64,000 bases of DNA from Minisyncoccota bacterium. GTDB lineage: Bacteria; Patescibacteriota; Minisyncoccia; Phycocordibacterales; JBAYGS01. The stretch is taken from the NCBI GenBank assembly GCA_041666545.1, contig JBAYGS010000005.1:18842-82841 (forward strand). Direction: 5' to 3'. How positions within the stretch are numbered: position 1 is the stretch's first letter; each line of letters starts with the position of its first letter. The position numbers were made by a program, and so were the translations under genes. Positions 27,115 through 37,924 of this stretch are shown here, piece after piece. The notes beneath the pieces were generated by a model that was not told where the DNA came from, searched no databases, and saw only the letters and a list, made by a program, of their open reading frames with translations.

Positions 27115-27972
27115 CTAAGACAACTTTTGATTTCGATTCTTCCCCACTTTTCTTCGAGAAACAATGAAAACGTTTGAATACTTCTTTGGAGTTCGGGTCT
27201 TTTGGCCCTTGCCTGACGGCTTGCCCCATCTAGTCTTGGCGCGTCTTAGACCTCGGCCTTGCCTACCTTCACCACCACCGTATGGGTGGTCTACCGGGTT
27301 TTGAGCCGAACCTCGAACAGTCGGTCGAATGCCCAACCAGCGAGATCGTCCCGCCTTACCAATATTCACCAACCAATTTTCATCATTGGAAACAGAACCG
27401 ATTGACGCCCAGGCCTGATCAGAGACCTTTCGGACTTCAGTCGACGGCATCTTAAGGTGAGCTGAACCGGCGTCATGAGCAATCACTTCAGCAAAAATTC
27501 CGGCACTGCGAGCAATTTTACCTCCGCCCCTAGCCTTGAGCTCAACATTGTAAACAAAGGTACCAACTGGGATGTTCTTCAAAGGCAAACGGTTGCCAAG
27601 CTTGATTTCAGCTTTTTCAGAAACGATGAAGGTACTGCCGACTTTCAAATCTTTTGGAGCCAAGATGTAGCGCTTCTCACCGTCAGCATAGACAACGAGG
27701 GCGATGAAACCGGTTCGGTTTGGGTCGTATTCAACGGTCAAAACCTTGGCCGGAATATCGTATTTTTCGTATAGAAAATCCACATCTCGAAGCAGACGCT
27801 TGTGTCCACCACCCTTATGACGAGTGGTAATTCGGCCACGGTTGTTTCGGCCAACCGATCGGAAACTTCCCGAGGTCAAACCTTTATGCGGCTCCGAACT
27901 GGTAATGAACTTTCGATATTCAATCGAAGTCATGTGTCGGCGCGATTTGCTTGTAGGTTTGTAAGTTTTCAT
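27115..27972 (-). CDS. rplB: 50S ribosomal protein L2
   Basis: GRNNRGRIT.RHKGGGHKR, EYDPNR, RPTVRG.A.NPVDHP.GGGEGR. Confidence 0.99.
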   Translation of the reverse strand: MKTYKPTSKSRRHMTSIEYRKFITSSEPHKGLTSGSFRSVGRNNRGRITTRHKGGGHKRLLRDVDFLYEKYDIPAKVLTVEYDPNRTGFIALVVYADGEKRYILAPKDLKVGSTFIVSEKAEIKLGNRLPLKNIPVGTFVYNVELKARGGGKIARSAGIFAEVIAHDAGSAHLKMPSTEVRKVSDQAWASIGSVSNDENWLVNIGKAGRSRWLGIRPTVRGSAQNPVDHPYGGGEGRQGRGLRRAKTRWGKPSGKGQKTRTPKKYSNVFIVSRRKVGKNRNQKLS

Positions 27973-27975
27973 GGT

Positions 27976-28051
27976 TAGTTTTAAGTTTAAAAGTTTGGAA
28001 GTTTGGAAGTCTTAACTCTTAACTTCTGAACTTCAGAACTAAAGCGAAGCG
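27976..28051. repeat. Inverted pair of 8-mer arms (AAGTTT/AACTT family)
   Basis: Homologous to 1866-1956; fills rplW-rplB spacer. Confidence 0.7.
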
Positions 28052-28054
28052 TTA

Positions 28055-28462
28055 CTATATGATTTCGATCTTATCCCCTTTCTTGAGGAAAACATAGGCC
28101 TTTTTCACACCAGCGATTTCCCCCTTAACACCCCTGGCAATCTTTTGCTTGGCGGGATTTCGGACAATCCGAACTTTCACCGGGTTTACCTTGTACATCT
28201 CGGTAATCGCTCGCTCAACGGCCGGCTTGGTAGCAGTGGTGGTAATCTCAAAAGCGTAGACATTATTAGCACCCAAGAACGAAGCTTTTTCCGTAATGCG
28301 GGGTCGAATAATGACATCAGTCGCGACCGGCGCTTTAACCGCACTTGCCGACTTGGCCTTAACGGCAACTTCCGGCTTAGCTTTTACCGCTAAAGCCTTG
28401 GTCTTAGCGACTTTCTTTGGCTTCTCGGCTCCCTCTTCTTTTTTAAAATTTAAAATTCCCAT
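28055..28462 (-). CDS. rplW: 50S ribosomal protein L23 with Lys/Ala-rich N-extension
   Basis: IIRPRITEKA, Y.F, KKAYV.LKKG.KI. Confidence 0.95.
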   Translation of the reverse strand: MGILNFKKEEGAEKPKKVAKTKALAVKAKPEVAVKAKSASAVKAPVATDVIIRPRITEKASFLGANNVYAFEITTTATKPAVERAITEMYKVNPVKVRIVRNPAKQKIARGVKGEIAGVKKAYVFLKKGDKIEII

Positions 28463-28467
28463 GTTAG

Positions 28468-29256
28468 TTATTTGGTTGCGGTTTTAGCTTTCTTGGCTGC
28501 AACTTTCTTGGTTGGCTTAGTTTTGACAGTTTTTGCTTTACCTTTAGTCTCTTTTATTTCTGCAGACTTGGTCTCCGCCTTTTTAGCAGCCTTGCCTTCA
28601 AGTTTGCTTAGAAGAAAAGCCAAACTGTTTTCGGCGCCGACGATTATCAAATGCTTGTAGGAAAGGACATCCACCGGATTGATGTTTCGAACATTATCAA
28701 ACTTGATATTGCTCAAGTTGCTGAAACTCTTGGAAAGATTCTTGTTGGTTTCATCGCTTACAATGTAAGCCGAGTTATTATTCTTTCTCAAGACATTCTC
28801 AAAACCCTTGATTTTGGAGAAATTGGACAAAGTTTCAACAGCCACCCTGGTTTTTGGCTCGCTGATTGAAAGACTTTCGGTAAACAAGACTTCACCTTCC
28901 TTGTTTTTGCGGGACAAGATGGTGAAAAGAGCCTTAACCTTGGCCTTCTTGTTGATTTTACGAGAAAAATTCTTGTCGTTTCGAGGACCGTGAGCCACGC
29001 CACCACCTACCCAAATCGGAGAACGAGTTGAGCCGTGTCGGGCTCGGCCGGTACCCTTCTGTTGCCATGGCTTCTTGCCACCACCACGAACTTCACCTCG
29101 GGTTCTAGTGTGAGCAACCGGAGTTCTTTGGCTGGTCTCAATCGAAGTCACGACTTGATGAACCAAGTCGCCATTCCAAGGCAAGCCGAAGACGCTCTCC
29201 GGAAGTTTCAACTTTCCTGATTCTTTGCCGCTTTGATTGTAAATTGTTGTCTCCAT
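28468..29256 (-). CDS. rplD: 50S ribosomal protein L4 with Lys-rich tail
   Basis: [36 protein letters not shown]. Confidence 0.98.
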   Translation of the reverse strand: METTIYNQSGKESGKLKLPESVFGLPWNGDLVHQVVTSIETSQRTPVAHTRTRGEVRGGGKKPWQQKGTGRARHGSTRSPIWVGGGVAHGPRNDKNFSRKINKKAKVKALFTILSRKNKEGEVLFTESLSISEPKTRVAVETLSNFSKIKGFENVLRKNNNSAYIVSDETNKNLSKSFSNLSNIKFDNVRNINPVDVLSYKHLIIVGAENSLAFLLSKLEGKAAKKAETKSAEIKETKGKAKTVKTKPTKKVAAKKAKTATK

Positions 29257-29262
29257 GATAAT

Positions 29263-29375
29263 AAATCAAAATTAAAATCTCAAAATTTAAAATGACAATG
29301 TAAAAGTCAAAATTGGATTCGGAAAAGTTTTAAATTTTAAATTATAATTTTTCATTTTGAGATTTACATTTTCCA
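29263..29375. mobile_element. Gene-less copy of the four-helix-bundle inverted-arm element
   Basis: Shares identical 29-mer atttttcattttgagatttacattttcca with 21959-21987; fills rplC-rplD spacer. Confidence 0.65.
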
Positions 29376-29386
29376 TTTAGTTGGAA

Positions 29387-29989
29387 TTATCCGATAATTT
29401 CAACTAAAGTTCCTCGTCGTCCTGGGATGGCACCGGAAATCGCGATGACATTTTCGGCCGCATTAACCTCGACAATCTTCAAATTCTTAATGGTGATTCG
29501 ATCGCTACCCATTCGACCGGCCATTCTCATACCTTTTGGAACCTTATTTCGGAGACCACCGCCGATTGAACCCGGCTCGCGCTCGGAGTGCTTCTGGCCG
29601 TGAGATCGAGGACCACCTTTAAAACCGTGTCGCTTCACAACACCCTGAAAGCCCTTACCCTTTGAAACTGCCGAAACGGTGACCAAATCCCCGGCCGCAA
29701 AAGTTTCCGGCTTAATCTCGTCACCAACTTTCAAATCTTTAACGTCTCTAAATTCTTTAAGCAAAGCGAACTTTCCGGAAGTTTTTAGGTGGCCGAGTTC
29801 AGCCTTGGTCAAATTCTTCTCATGCTTGGAACCAAAACCAACCTGAACAGCATCATAACCGTCTTTTTCAGAAGTTTTGACTTGAGTGACGATAACCGGA
29901 CCGGTCGAAATAAGGGTGACAGGGGTCACTTTGCCGGCATCAGACCAAACCTGGGTCATATTTAGTTTTGTACCTAAGATAAATTTCAT
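29387..29989 (-). CDS. rplC: 50S ribosomal protein L3
   Basis: K..MTQ, DGYDAVQ.GF, SKGKGFQGVVKRHGF, R.PGSIG, G.RMAGRMG. Confidence 0.98.
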   Translation of the reverse strand: MKFILGTKLNMTQVWSDAGKVTPVTLISTGPVIVTQVKTSEKDGYDAVQVGFGSKHEKNLTKAELGHLKTSGKFALLKEFRDVKDLKVGDEIKPETFAAGDLVTVSAVSKGKGFQGVVKRHGFKGGPRSHGQKHSEREPGSIGGGLRNKVPKGMRMAGRMGSDRITIKNLKIVEVNAAENVIAISGAIPGRRGTLVEIIG

Positions 29990-30200
29990 TCCGATTAGAG
30001 ATTGGAAATGGAGGCCATTTCCTAGCCTTTAGCAACTAAAGCCATTCAATAGAGTTTGTCGCGTATAGAGATTAAACTGTAATTCTTAACTGTCTTATCT
30101 CTAACGGAACTTAAATCCTTTCCTTTATTGAACACGGCACATGGCCGGCGGTTCGCGAACTTCCTTAAACATCCTTGCAGAAGAGAATTCCGCAATGGGA
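29990..30200 (-). promoter_or_regulatory. Long structured 5' leader of rplC
   Basis: Extended -10 (TGcTAACCT near 30203-30211) followed by about 210 nt with several hairpins and alternative pairings next to the AUG. Confidence 0.5.
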
Positions 30201-30308
30201 CAAGGTTAGCAAATCCTCCCAAAAAAGTAAAGGGCCCACACGAATCGGATTCGCGTGGGCCGGAAAAACGGCTTCAAGTATGCGAAGGGCAGGATTCTGA
30301 GCCAATAG

Positions 30309-30761
30309 CTAACGGCAAGCCGAAGAAATGGCCTCCTGAGCATAGCGATCAAGATCAACTTCCTTTTTGAGCTTTTCTCCTGGGATTTCCGGGCTCCATC
30401 GAAACATTCTGAACCCCTGTCTCGCCAAAACCAGACACAAGGAATCGAGAACAATAAGCGCTCGTGAGTTTCGCCACATCTTCCACTCTTCACTCAATTC
30501 AGGAACATCGAAGGCCTGGCTGCGTGTCGGATTGACCAGGATCAATTTTTCAACAACTCGAAACTCCTTTCTTGGTAAAAATCGGATAGCCGACCGGACA
30601 TCAGCCTTGCTAAGACACACAAATTCCCGCCACCTGGCGCGACCACGACCAATGTTTACATGAGCCGGCGGACACCAGTTGTGATCAAGACAAATCGAAA
30701 ATCCAGCCATCAACCGCCAACCGTCTAAATCAGACAGACGGATCAATTTATTTGCTTTCAC
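30309..30761 (-). CDS. Hypothetical protein
   Basis: TTGACA-N17-TAGTAT, GAAAGGA RBS, GTG start, terminator 30232-30261. Confidence 0.6.
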   Translation of the reverse strand: MKANKLIRLSDLDGWRLMAGFSICLDHNWCPPAHVNIGRGRARWREFVCLSKADVRSAIRFLPRKEFRVVEKLILVNPTRSQAFDVPELSEEWKMWRNSRALIVLDSLCLVLARQGFRMFRWSPEIPGEKLKKEVDLDRYAQEAISSACR

Positions 30762-30890
30762 ATTTTCCTTTCTCTTTAAGTGAATCCTCTCTCGTCATAC
30801 TATTCATCCATCTTATACTTGTCAAATATAAACCCTGTGGTAGTCTAAAAAAGGACATCCAGTTCTAAAACATCAAATGAAAGGCGAAAT

Positions 30891-31679
30891 GTGAGTAAAG
30901 AAAATGAGGTTGAAAGGAAAGACCGATTCATCGACCTGTCACTCCCCCAATGCGGCCCGGTTCTTTATGGCTACGGCAGTGGCGCCTACCATATCAAATA
31001 TCGCGGAGAAATCCTCGTTGATTTTCTCGGTCGCCTCCGAAAAAAGATGGAGAAACTCGCGTCAGAACTCAACCAAGCCTGGAAAGCGCTCGACAAAGCC
31101 AACCCGGAAAGCCCGAGGAACCGCGACATCATTCAGAAGATGCTCCAAGCCGGTTTTTGGGCCTACGCCCAGACTTTGGAAATCCAAATCTATAACAAGG
31201 AGTGCGTCTACGGAATAACCAGCCCCCTTCACGACATCATCGTCAACCCGCTTGAGAATATCTATATGAGGTGTTTCGCGGCCGCCCACATGTGGGGTGA
31301 CCTGGACGAAAAGATGCTCGGACTCAACGGGCTTTTGACCGACTTCGAGGTCAACGGCGGAATCGATCACAAAACCGGAGACAAGGGCAATGGTTTCGGC
31401 AAATCCTTGCTCGATTACTACATCGCTTACTTCGCTCAAAACCAGCGCGGAACCGAAGCTTACTTGGCCTTCGGCGAACTGATCGATGCCCTGTTTCAAA
31501 TGACAAAAAAACGGTACCCGAAAATTCTGACGGAACTCGCTAAAGCAATCCGCTCGAGAATGACCGAGACTTACTACGGCTTCGGTAACAAGGAGGTCAC
31601 TTCCCCGGCTAAAGTGGCGCTCCTTTCGAAGCTTGAAGCAATCACCCAACCGTACGAGGAAAAGGAAAAGGCCGCCTAG
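30891..31679 (+). CDS. Hypothetical protein (262 aa)
   Basis: GAAAGG RBS, GTG start, terminator 31694-31722. Confidence 0.7.
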   Translation: MSKENEVERKDRFIDLSLPQCGPVLYGYGSGAYHIKYRGEILVDFLGRLRKKMEKLASELNQAWKALDKANPESPRNRDIIQKMLQAGFWAYAQTLEIQIYNKECVYGITSPLHDIIVNPLENIYMRCFAAAHMWGDLDEKMLGLNGLLTDFEVNGGIDHKTGDKGNGFGKSLLDYYIAYFAQNQRGTEAYLAFGELIDALFQMTKKRYPKILTELAKAIRSRMTETYYGFGNKEVTSPAKVALLSKLEAITQPYEEKEKAA

Positions 31680-31751
31680 GCCAACCAAATCCCACCGGTC
31701 GTCACCAGACGACCGGTTTTTTATTGTTAACAAAATTCGAGGAGTAAAATA

Positions 31752-31779
31752 TTGACAATGTAATTACATTGTATATACT
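31752..31779 (+). promoter_or_regulatory. TA promoter with palindromic operator
   Basis: TTGACA-N16-TATACT containing perfect palindrome ACAATGTAATTACATTGT. Confidence 0.75.
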
Positions 31780-31785
31780 GAACTC

Positions 31786-32052
31786 ATGACCACATTACAA
31801 ATTCGCATCGACGAAAACACCAAAAAGAGGGCTAAAAAAACTCTCAAGGACCTCGGGCTGGATATTTCCTCCGGAGTGAAACTATTTTTGGAGCAAGTGA
31901 TAACCACCCAATCTATACCCTTTTCCGCCGTTACTCCGGCAGGCTATAAGCTTCGCAATTGGAAGCAACTAAAAATAGAAATAGCGGAAGCAAAAAAAGG
32001 TAAGGGGTACACGACGGCAGAAAAGATGCATGCTGATATTTTTAAAAAATAG
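31786..32052 (+). CDS. dinJ: RelB/DinJ-family antitoxin
   Basis: LQIRIDE.TK..A...L..LGLD.S..V.LFL.Q......IPF. Confidence 0.9.
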   Translation: MTTLQIRIDENTKKRAKKTLKDLGLDISSGVKLFLEQVITTQSIPFSAVTPAGYKLRNWKQLKIEIAEAKKGKGYTTAEKMHADIFKK

Positions 32053-32061
32053 TGGCATTCA

Positions 32062-32340
32062 ATGTACTCTCTTAAACCCACGGCAAAATACAGAAAATCC
32101 ATTAGGAAACTGGCAATGTCTGGCCGATTTAGGATCGGAGACTTAGACAAAATTCTCAACCTGCTTGCTTCTGGTAAAACACTTGAACCGAAGTATCGAA
32201 GCCACCCGCTTAACGGAGAATATGCCGGTTGTTTTGAGTGTCATGTGAAAAGTGACCTACTGCTTATTTACGAAATCGACAAATCAGAACGAGAATTAAC
32301 TATTATTGATATCGGTAGCCATTCGGATTTATTTGAGTAG
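32062..32340 (+). CDS. yafQ: YafQ-family mRNA interferase toxin
   Basis: KYR.HPL.G.Y.G.FECHVKSDLLLIY...IGSHSDLF. Confidence 0.92.
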   Translation: MYSLKPTAKYRKSIRKLAMSGRFRIGDLDKILNLLASGKTLEPKYRSHPLNGEYAGCFECHVKSDLLLIYEIDKSERELTIIDIGSHSDLFE

Positions 32341-32450
32341 CAAAAAACCGCCGAAAGGCGGTTTTTTGATCTTACCGCCCCGACGAAATTAAGAAATTTG
32401 TCGGGGTTAAGAAAATTGGCCCCTTACTTTTCAGTAAGAGGCTCAATTTT

Positions 32451-32843
32451 CTACAACATTTTCACATCAATATTCACGCCAGATGGGAGCGAAAGATTGG
32501 TCAAAGCTTCGATAACTTTCGGAGCCGGATTAATGATATCAATCAATCGCTTGTGAACTCGCATCTCAAATTGTTCTCGCGCATTTTTGTAGACGAAAGC
32601 TGAACGGTTGACCGTGTACTTCTTAATCTCAGTCGGCAATGGTACCGGGCCAAGCATTTCGGCATCGAAACGCAAAGCGGTGTCCATGATTTGTTTAATC
32701 GAGGCATCTAGAACCTTGTGTTCGTAGGCCCTGACCCGAATTCGAAGCTTTCCAATGCCCTCTTCTTTGTCCTTCTTGGCAACTGCCTTTTTGACAGCTT
32801 TAGGCTTGGCGACTTTTTCGGTTGTTTTAGTAGTTTTAGGCAT
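32451..32843 (-). CDS. rpsJ: 30S ribosomal protein S10 with Lys-rich N-extension
   Basis: RIRVRAYEH..LD, GPVPLPT, REQFEMR.HKRLIDI. Confidence 0.98.
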   Translation of the reverse strand: MPKTTKTTEKVAKPKAVKKAVAKKDKEEGIGKLRIRVRAYEHKVLDASIKQIMDTALRFDAEMLGPVPLPTEIKKYTVNRSAFVYKNAREQFEMRVHKRLIDIINPAPKVIEALTNLSLPSGVNIDVKML

Positions 32844-32879
32844 GATTTTAACTAATAACTTTCGCTATTAGTCCGCTTA

Positions 32880-34067
32880 TTAAGCAATGATCTTGGTGAC
32901 CACGCCGGCGCCGACAGTCTTACCACCCTCGCGGATAGCAAAGCGCTGTTTGGCTTCAAGAGCGACCGGAGCAACCAACTTGACAGTGAAGGTGACAGTG
33001 TCGCCTGGCATAACCATTTCAACACCTTCTTTCAAGGTCACCTCACCGGTGACATCAGTGGTTCGCACATAGAATTGCGGTTTGTAGCCTTTGAAGAAAG
33101 GAGTGTGTCGGCCACCTTCCTCCTTTTTCAAGATGTAAACTTCAGCCTCGAAGTCAGTGTGAGGAGTGACAGAACCCGGCTTGGCCAAGACCTGACCACG
33201 GTGCACATCTTCCTTCTTAGTACCTCGCAAGAGTACTCCGGCGTTGTCGCCAGCCATACCTTCAGCAAGAGATTTGTTGAACATTTCAATACCAGTGACG
33301 GCAGTCTTGGCGGTCGGCTTGATACCGACGATCTCAACTTCCTCACCGACTTTGACCTGGCCTCTTTCGATACGACCGGTGACAACAGTACCTCGGCCTT
33401 CGATTGAGAAGATGTCTTCGATTGGCATCAAGAATGGTTTATCGATTTCTCGAACTGGCAACGGGATGTAGGTATCGAGAGTCTTAACCAATTCCAAGAT
33501 GGCCTTTGACCACTCATCGTCAGTGCCAGTAGCTTCCAAAGCTTTAAGACCGGAACCGCGAATAATTGGTGAGTCATCATAGCCGTGCTTCTTCAAAAGA
33601 TCGCGAACTTCCTCTTCAACCAAGTCGATCAACTCCTTATCAGGAACCATATCGCACTTGTTTAGGAAAACGATGATTTTTGGCACACCGACTTGCTTGG
33701 CCAAAAGAATGTGCTCTCGGGTTTGAGGCATCACGCCGTCAGTTGCGGCTACGACCAAGATAGCGCCGTCCATTTGAGCGGCACCGGTGATCATGTTTTT
33801 AATGTAGTCAGCGTGGCCCGGGGCGTCGATGTGGGCGTAGTGACGAGTTTCTGACTCGTATTCAGAGTGGTGAATCGAAATGGTAATACCGCGAGCCTTT
33901 TCTTCAGGGCTCTTGTCCAAGTCACCGACTGAAAGAGTCTTCTTGGCTAGACCTTTTGCGTGAAGTACGCGACTGATAGCCGCAGTCAAAGTACTTTTGC
34001 CGTGGTCAACGTGGCCGATAGTACCAACGTTAACGTGTGGCTTTGAGCGATCAAATGCTTCTGCCAT
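32880..34067 (-). CDS. tuf: Elongation factor Tu
   Basis: [35 protein letters not shown]; ATG 34067. Confidence 0.99.
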   Translation of the reverse strand: MAEAFDRSKPHVNVGTIGHVDHGKSTLTAAISRVLHAKGLAKKTLSVGDLDKSPEEKARGITISIHHSEYESETRHYAHIDAPGHADYIKNMITGAAQMDGAILVVAATDGVMPQTREHILLAKQVGVPKIIVFLNKCDMVPDKELIDLVEEEVRDLLKKHGYDDSPIIRGSGLKALEATGTDDEWSKAILELVKTLDTYIPLPVREIDKPFLMPIEDIFSIEGRGTVVTGRIERGQVKVGEEVEIVGIKPTAKTAVTGIEMFNKSLAEGMAGDNAGVLLRGTKKEDVHRGQVLAKPGSVTPHTDFEAEVYILKKEEGGRHTPFFKGYKPQFYVRTTDVTGEVTLKEGVEMVMPGDTVTFTVKLVAPVALEAKQRFAIREGGKTVGAGVVTKIIA

Positions 34068-34264
34068 AATATTTTTAGTTTTGCCTCCCAAAATTAAGCG
34101 CGCGAGAACGTCTACTTAATTTTAAGAATAAAAACCTTAGATTAATAATTAATAAATTTCCCTGTTTGATTAACCTCAAACAAAACAACCGGCGAACCGG
34201 TAAGGATGCGTAAAACGCGTCTGGGTATAATAACAAAGAGCTTAAGAAGATGCAATGGTCGAGC

Positions 34265-35503
34265 TTAAATAGACCCCTTGGAGGTTAAGAGACGCAGAGT
34301 CTCCGGACCGATTCCGCCAAATTCAGCCTTTAAACCGTTGGCTAATTGAAAGGCTACTAGGGCCTTTTCTGTGCAACTCAAGAAATTTCCAGAAATGGGG
34401 CAGTCATGCTTGTCCTTCCCTGCTGGTGGGTAAAAGAGTTTGGTCGCCAGAGCCGCTTGGAGCGAAAGAACAGCCGGACTCCACTTTGTCCCACTCTCGA
34501 CACTCGTAAGCTCTGGAACCAGAAGCACGGAAGGTGGCAGACTGGCAAATCTGTCAGTTTTGAAGAAATCATTGAGCCCTAGATAAGTCTGGTAGGCCAA
34601 ATCCTTGATTGCCAGACTGCGAACCTTAGCATCTAGAAATCTCGGCTCATAGATATAGCCATACTCGATTAAAATTCCGGCCGGATCAAGCGTGTTGAAA
34701 GCACCGACAGCAATCAATTCCTGATCCGAGACAATCCCCCGATCTTCCTTTGGTAAATTGCTCCTCGCATAATAATTATTCAAGTGGTTAAAAATTTTTT
34801 GAGCCACGGCCTGACTGGCTTTTGAATTTGAATATTGACCTTCCGGTACATAGACCGCAAAGCCTTCATATTCACCCGGTGCCGACTTTGGCCGGCCGGC
34901 ATAATCATTGAAATGGATGCTCAAAACCAAATCGGCATAAGATTGATTGGCCCAAAGATTGACACCATAAAGCCTCGTGGCCGTTTCCGAGTCAACCGAA
35001 TTATGATAAACCCCACCTAAATTGCTACTAATTAGACCTTCGTCAACCAGTTGGCCCATTTCAGATTTTTTCCGGTTCAAAAAACCCGAGATGACATCCT
35101 TTTGACTGACTAGAAACTGGGAAAAAGCCGGATTGTAGCCATTTTTGTCTCTGATTAGAATAATTTCAAATTCTTTATCGTCTGCAAACATGGCCGACAA
35201 ATCTTGAGCCAATTCCAAATTCATATCGGCCTCGCGAACACCCTTAAATTCGGTCCCACCAGAATTGTTGTCATGGCCGGGAACAATTATGATTCGAATC
35301 GGCCGGGCGCCCGCCTTAGATTTGTCATACCTAGCAAACAAAGCCTCTTCGGTAATACTGTCCGAGAAAAAAACCGAAGCCAAAAAGTTTTTCGGATTAA
35401 GAGTCGACACTAACTTACCAAAACTGCCGGGCGACAAAGACCAAAACAGAAAAAATAAAGCGGCGGCCATGACCAAAAATGCGACAGACCGTTTTAATTT
35501 CAT
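34265..35503 (-). CDS. N-acetylmuramoyl-L-alanine amidase (Amidase_3) with C-terminal peptidoglycan-binding domain
   Basis: N-terminal TM, VPGH, E..MN, SIHFN, LIEYGY; LQ..L...G.F...T..AL..FQ..NGL...G.IGPET. Confidence 0.85.
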   Translation of the reverse strand: MKLKRSVAFLVMAAALFFLFWSLSPGSFGKLVSTLNPKNFLASVFFSDSITEEALFARYDKSKAGARPIRIIIVPGHDNNSGGTEFKGVREADMNLELAQDLSAMFADDKEFEIILIRDKNGYNPAFSQFLVSQKDVISGFLNRKKSEMGQLVDEGLISSNLGGVYHNSVDSETATRLYGVNLWANQSYADLVLSIHFNDYAGRPKSAPGEYEGFAVYVPEGQYSNSKASQAVAQKIFNHLNNYYARSNLPKEDRGIVSDQELIAVGAFNTLDPAGILIEYGYIYEPRFLDAKVRSLAIKDLAYQTYLGLNDFFKTDRFASLPPSVLLVPELTSVESGTKWSPAVLSLQAALATKLFYPPAGKDKHDCPISGNFLSCTEKALVAFQLANGLKAEFGGIGPETLRLLTSKGSI

Positions 35504-35611
35504 TTTTAAATGATACCACGCTACCAGAAAGCCAAAAACCGCCTCTCGGCGGCTTTTGGCTTTCTGGATTGTGCGCTTGAATCTTGAATCTAAATTCTTG
35601 AATCATTCGAC

Positions 35612-37753
35612 CTACTTTCTTGACTCCACAATCGTCTTCTCAACGTTTGGAGGTACGACTTCATAATGATCGAATTCCATCATGGCGTTGCCCCTACCTT
35701 CGGTCATCGAGCGAAGTTGAGTCGTATAGCCGAACATTTCAGAAAGTGGCACTTTGGCCTTAATAGCCTTGTTCATTCCCCTCTCCTCGAAGCCTTCAAT
35801 CTGACCTCGTTTGGAATTCAAACTGCCAGTGACATCGCCCATAAATTTCTCCGGAACAATGACTTCAACTTTCATGACTGGCTCAAGAATGACTGGACGA
35901 GCTCGTTTGGCGGCTTCTTGGAAAGCCTGTGAGGCGGCAATCTTGTAAGCAATTTCCGATGAGTCGACATCGTGGTAAGAACCGAAAGTCAGTTCGCAAG
36001 AAATATTGACCATCTTGAAACCGGCCACAATTCCGCGATCCATCGCCTCATGGACACCCTTTTCAACCGCCGGAATAAATTCTTGAGGAATCACACCACC
36101 TTTAATCGAGTCGATAAATTCAAAGTCATCATAGCGTTTAACATTTTTCGGAATCTTCTTACCTTCTGGTACCGGTTCCATCGGCTTGAGAGTAATTTTG
36201 ACATGACCATATTGACCCTTACCACCGGACTGCTTGATGTATTTATGTTCGGCTTCGGCAGTACCCATAATGGTTTCTCGATAAGCTACTTGAGGTTTGC
36301 CGACATTGGCATCGACAGTAAATTCTCGTTTCATTCGATCAACCATGATTTCCAAGTGCAATTCGCCCATTCCCGAGATAATCGTCTCGCCAGTTTCGGT
36401 GTTGGAGCTGATTTTAAAGGTTGGATCTTCATCAGAAAGTTTCTTCAAGGCCATACCCATCTTTTCTTGGTCGGCTTTGGTCTTTGGTTCAATACGAAGT
36501 GAAACCACCGGATCAACGAATTTAATCGGATCAAGAATAATCGGACTATTTTCATCGCAGAAAGTGTGAGAAGTCTTAGCGTTTTTTAGACCGACAGCGG
36601 CGGCAATTTCACCGGCAAAAACTTTTTTAACTTCCTCTCTTTTATCAGCTTGCAAGCGAACGATTCGGCCCAAGCGCTCTTTCTCACCTGTGGTGGAATT
36701 GTAAAGATAGGTACCCGCTTCAATGGTGCCGGAATAGACTCGGAAGAAAGTTAGTTGACCGACGAAAGGATCGTTTTGCAGCTTGAAGGCCAGAGCAGAA
36801 AAAGGCTCAGTGTCAGAGGCATGGCGATAAATCTCCTCGCCAGTATTTGGATCAAGGCCGTGAATCGGCGGCATATCGAGAGGTGAAGGTAGGTAGTCGA
36901 CAACAGCATCAAGTACCAACTGCACACCTTTGTTCTTCAAGGCCGAACCGGTAAGCACCGGCACAAATTTGTTTTCAATCGTGGCCTTGCGGATGACTTT
37001 TTTCAAATCTTCGACTGCCGGAATTTTACCCTCAAGATAGGCGGACATCATGGCATCATCGTGTTCAACCGCCTTTTCAAGCAAAATGTGATGGTATTTT
37101 TCCGCTTCCGCTTTGTACTCCTCTGGAATTTCCGCGATACGAATATCTTTGCCCATTTCGCCTTCGAAATAGTAGGCCTTCATAGTCAAAAGATCGATGA
37201 TACCGGCAAAATGTTCTTCCAAACCGATTGGAATCTGCATCCGAACAGCACTTTTGGTCAGACGGTCGAGAATCGAAGCGTAGGAGCGCTCGAAAGAAGC
37301 GCCCATTCGGTCTAGTTTGTTGATGAAGCAGATTCGAGGCACCTTGCCGTCGTCCGCATAACGCCAGTTGGTCTCTGACTGAGGCTCAACACCGGCCACG
37401 CCGTCAAAAACCACCACGGCACCGTCGAGGACTCGGAGTGAACGCTTAACTTCGACAGTAAAGTCGATGTGTCCAGGGGTGTCGATAATATTGAAACGCT
37501 GTTTTTGAGAAATATCCTTCCCCATGTAGCTCGGGTTCCAAAAACAGGTAATGGCGGCGGCGGTAATCGTGATACCTCGCTCTCTCTCCTGCTCCATCCA
37601 GTCAGTGACAGTGTTGCCTTCGTGCACTTCGCCGATTTTATGGCTTTCGCCGGTGTAGTACAAAACGCGCTCGGAGGTAGTGGTTTTGCCGGCATCAATG
37701 TGGGCAATGATACCGAAATTGCGAACCTTCTCTAATGGATAATCACGATTCAT
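35612..37753 (-). CDS. fusA: Elongation factor G
   Basis: RNFGIIAHIDAGKTTTSER, DTPGHIDF, GMGELHL, GSYHDVDSS. Confidence 0.99.
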   Translation of the reverse strand: MNRDYPLEKVRNFGIIAHIDAGKTTTSERVLYYTGESHKIGEVHEGNTVTDWMEQERERGITITAAAITCFWNPSYMGKDISQKQRFNIIDTPGHIDFTVEVKRSLRVLDGAVVVFDGVAGVEPQSETNWRYADDGKVPRICFINKLDRMGASFERSYASILDRLTKSAVRMQIPIGLEEHFAGIIDLLTMKAYYFEGEMGKDIRIAEIPEEYKAEAEKYHHILLEKAVEHDDAMMSAYLEGKIPAVEDLKKVIRKATIENKFVPVLTGSALKNKGVQLVLDAVVDYLPSPLDMPPIHGLDPNTGEEIYRHASDTEPFSALAFKLQNDPFVGQLTFFRVYSGTIEAGTYLYNSTTGEKERLGRIVRLQADKREEVKKVFAGEIAAAVGLKNAKTSHTFCDENSPIILDPIKFVDPVVSLRIEPKTKADQEKMGMALKKLSDEDPTFKISSNTETGETIISGMGELHLEIMVDRMKREFTVDANVGKPQVAYRETIMGTAEAEHKYIKQSGGKGQYGHVKITLKPMEPVPEGKKIPKNVKRYDDFEFIDSIKGGVIPQEFIPAVEKGVHEAMDRGIVAGFKMVNISCELTFGSYHDVDSSEIAYKIAASQAFQEAAKRARPVILEPVMKVEVIVPEKFMGDVTGSLNSKRGQIEGFEERGMNKAIKAKVPLSEMFGYTTQLRSMTEGRGNAMMEFDHYEVVPPNVEKTIVESRK

Positions 37754-37924
37754 AAATGATAATAATTAAAAAAGCACAAAGGTGCCGTGTTAGACCTATA
37801 GATTACAAGAAAGGCCGGAAAAATGCAAAGTAGCAGATGGTATGGAGTATAAAGTATATGGTAGATGGTATGAAAAAAGCAGATATGTAAAGGCCCGCGG
37901 AATCCGATTCCGCGGGCCAAACTG

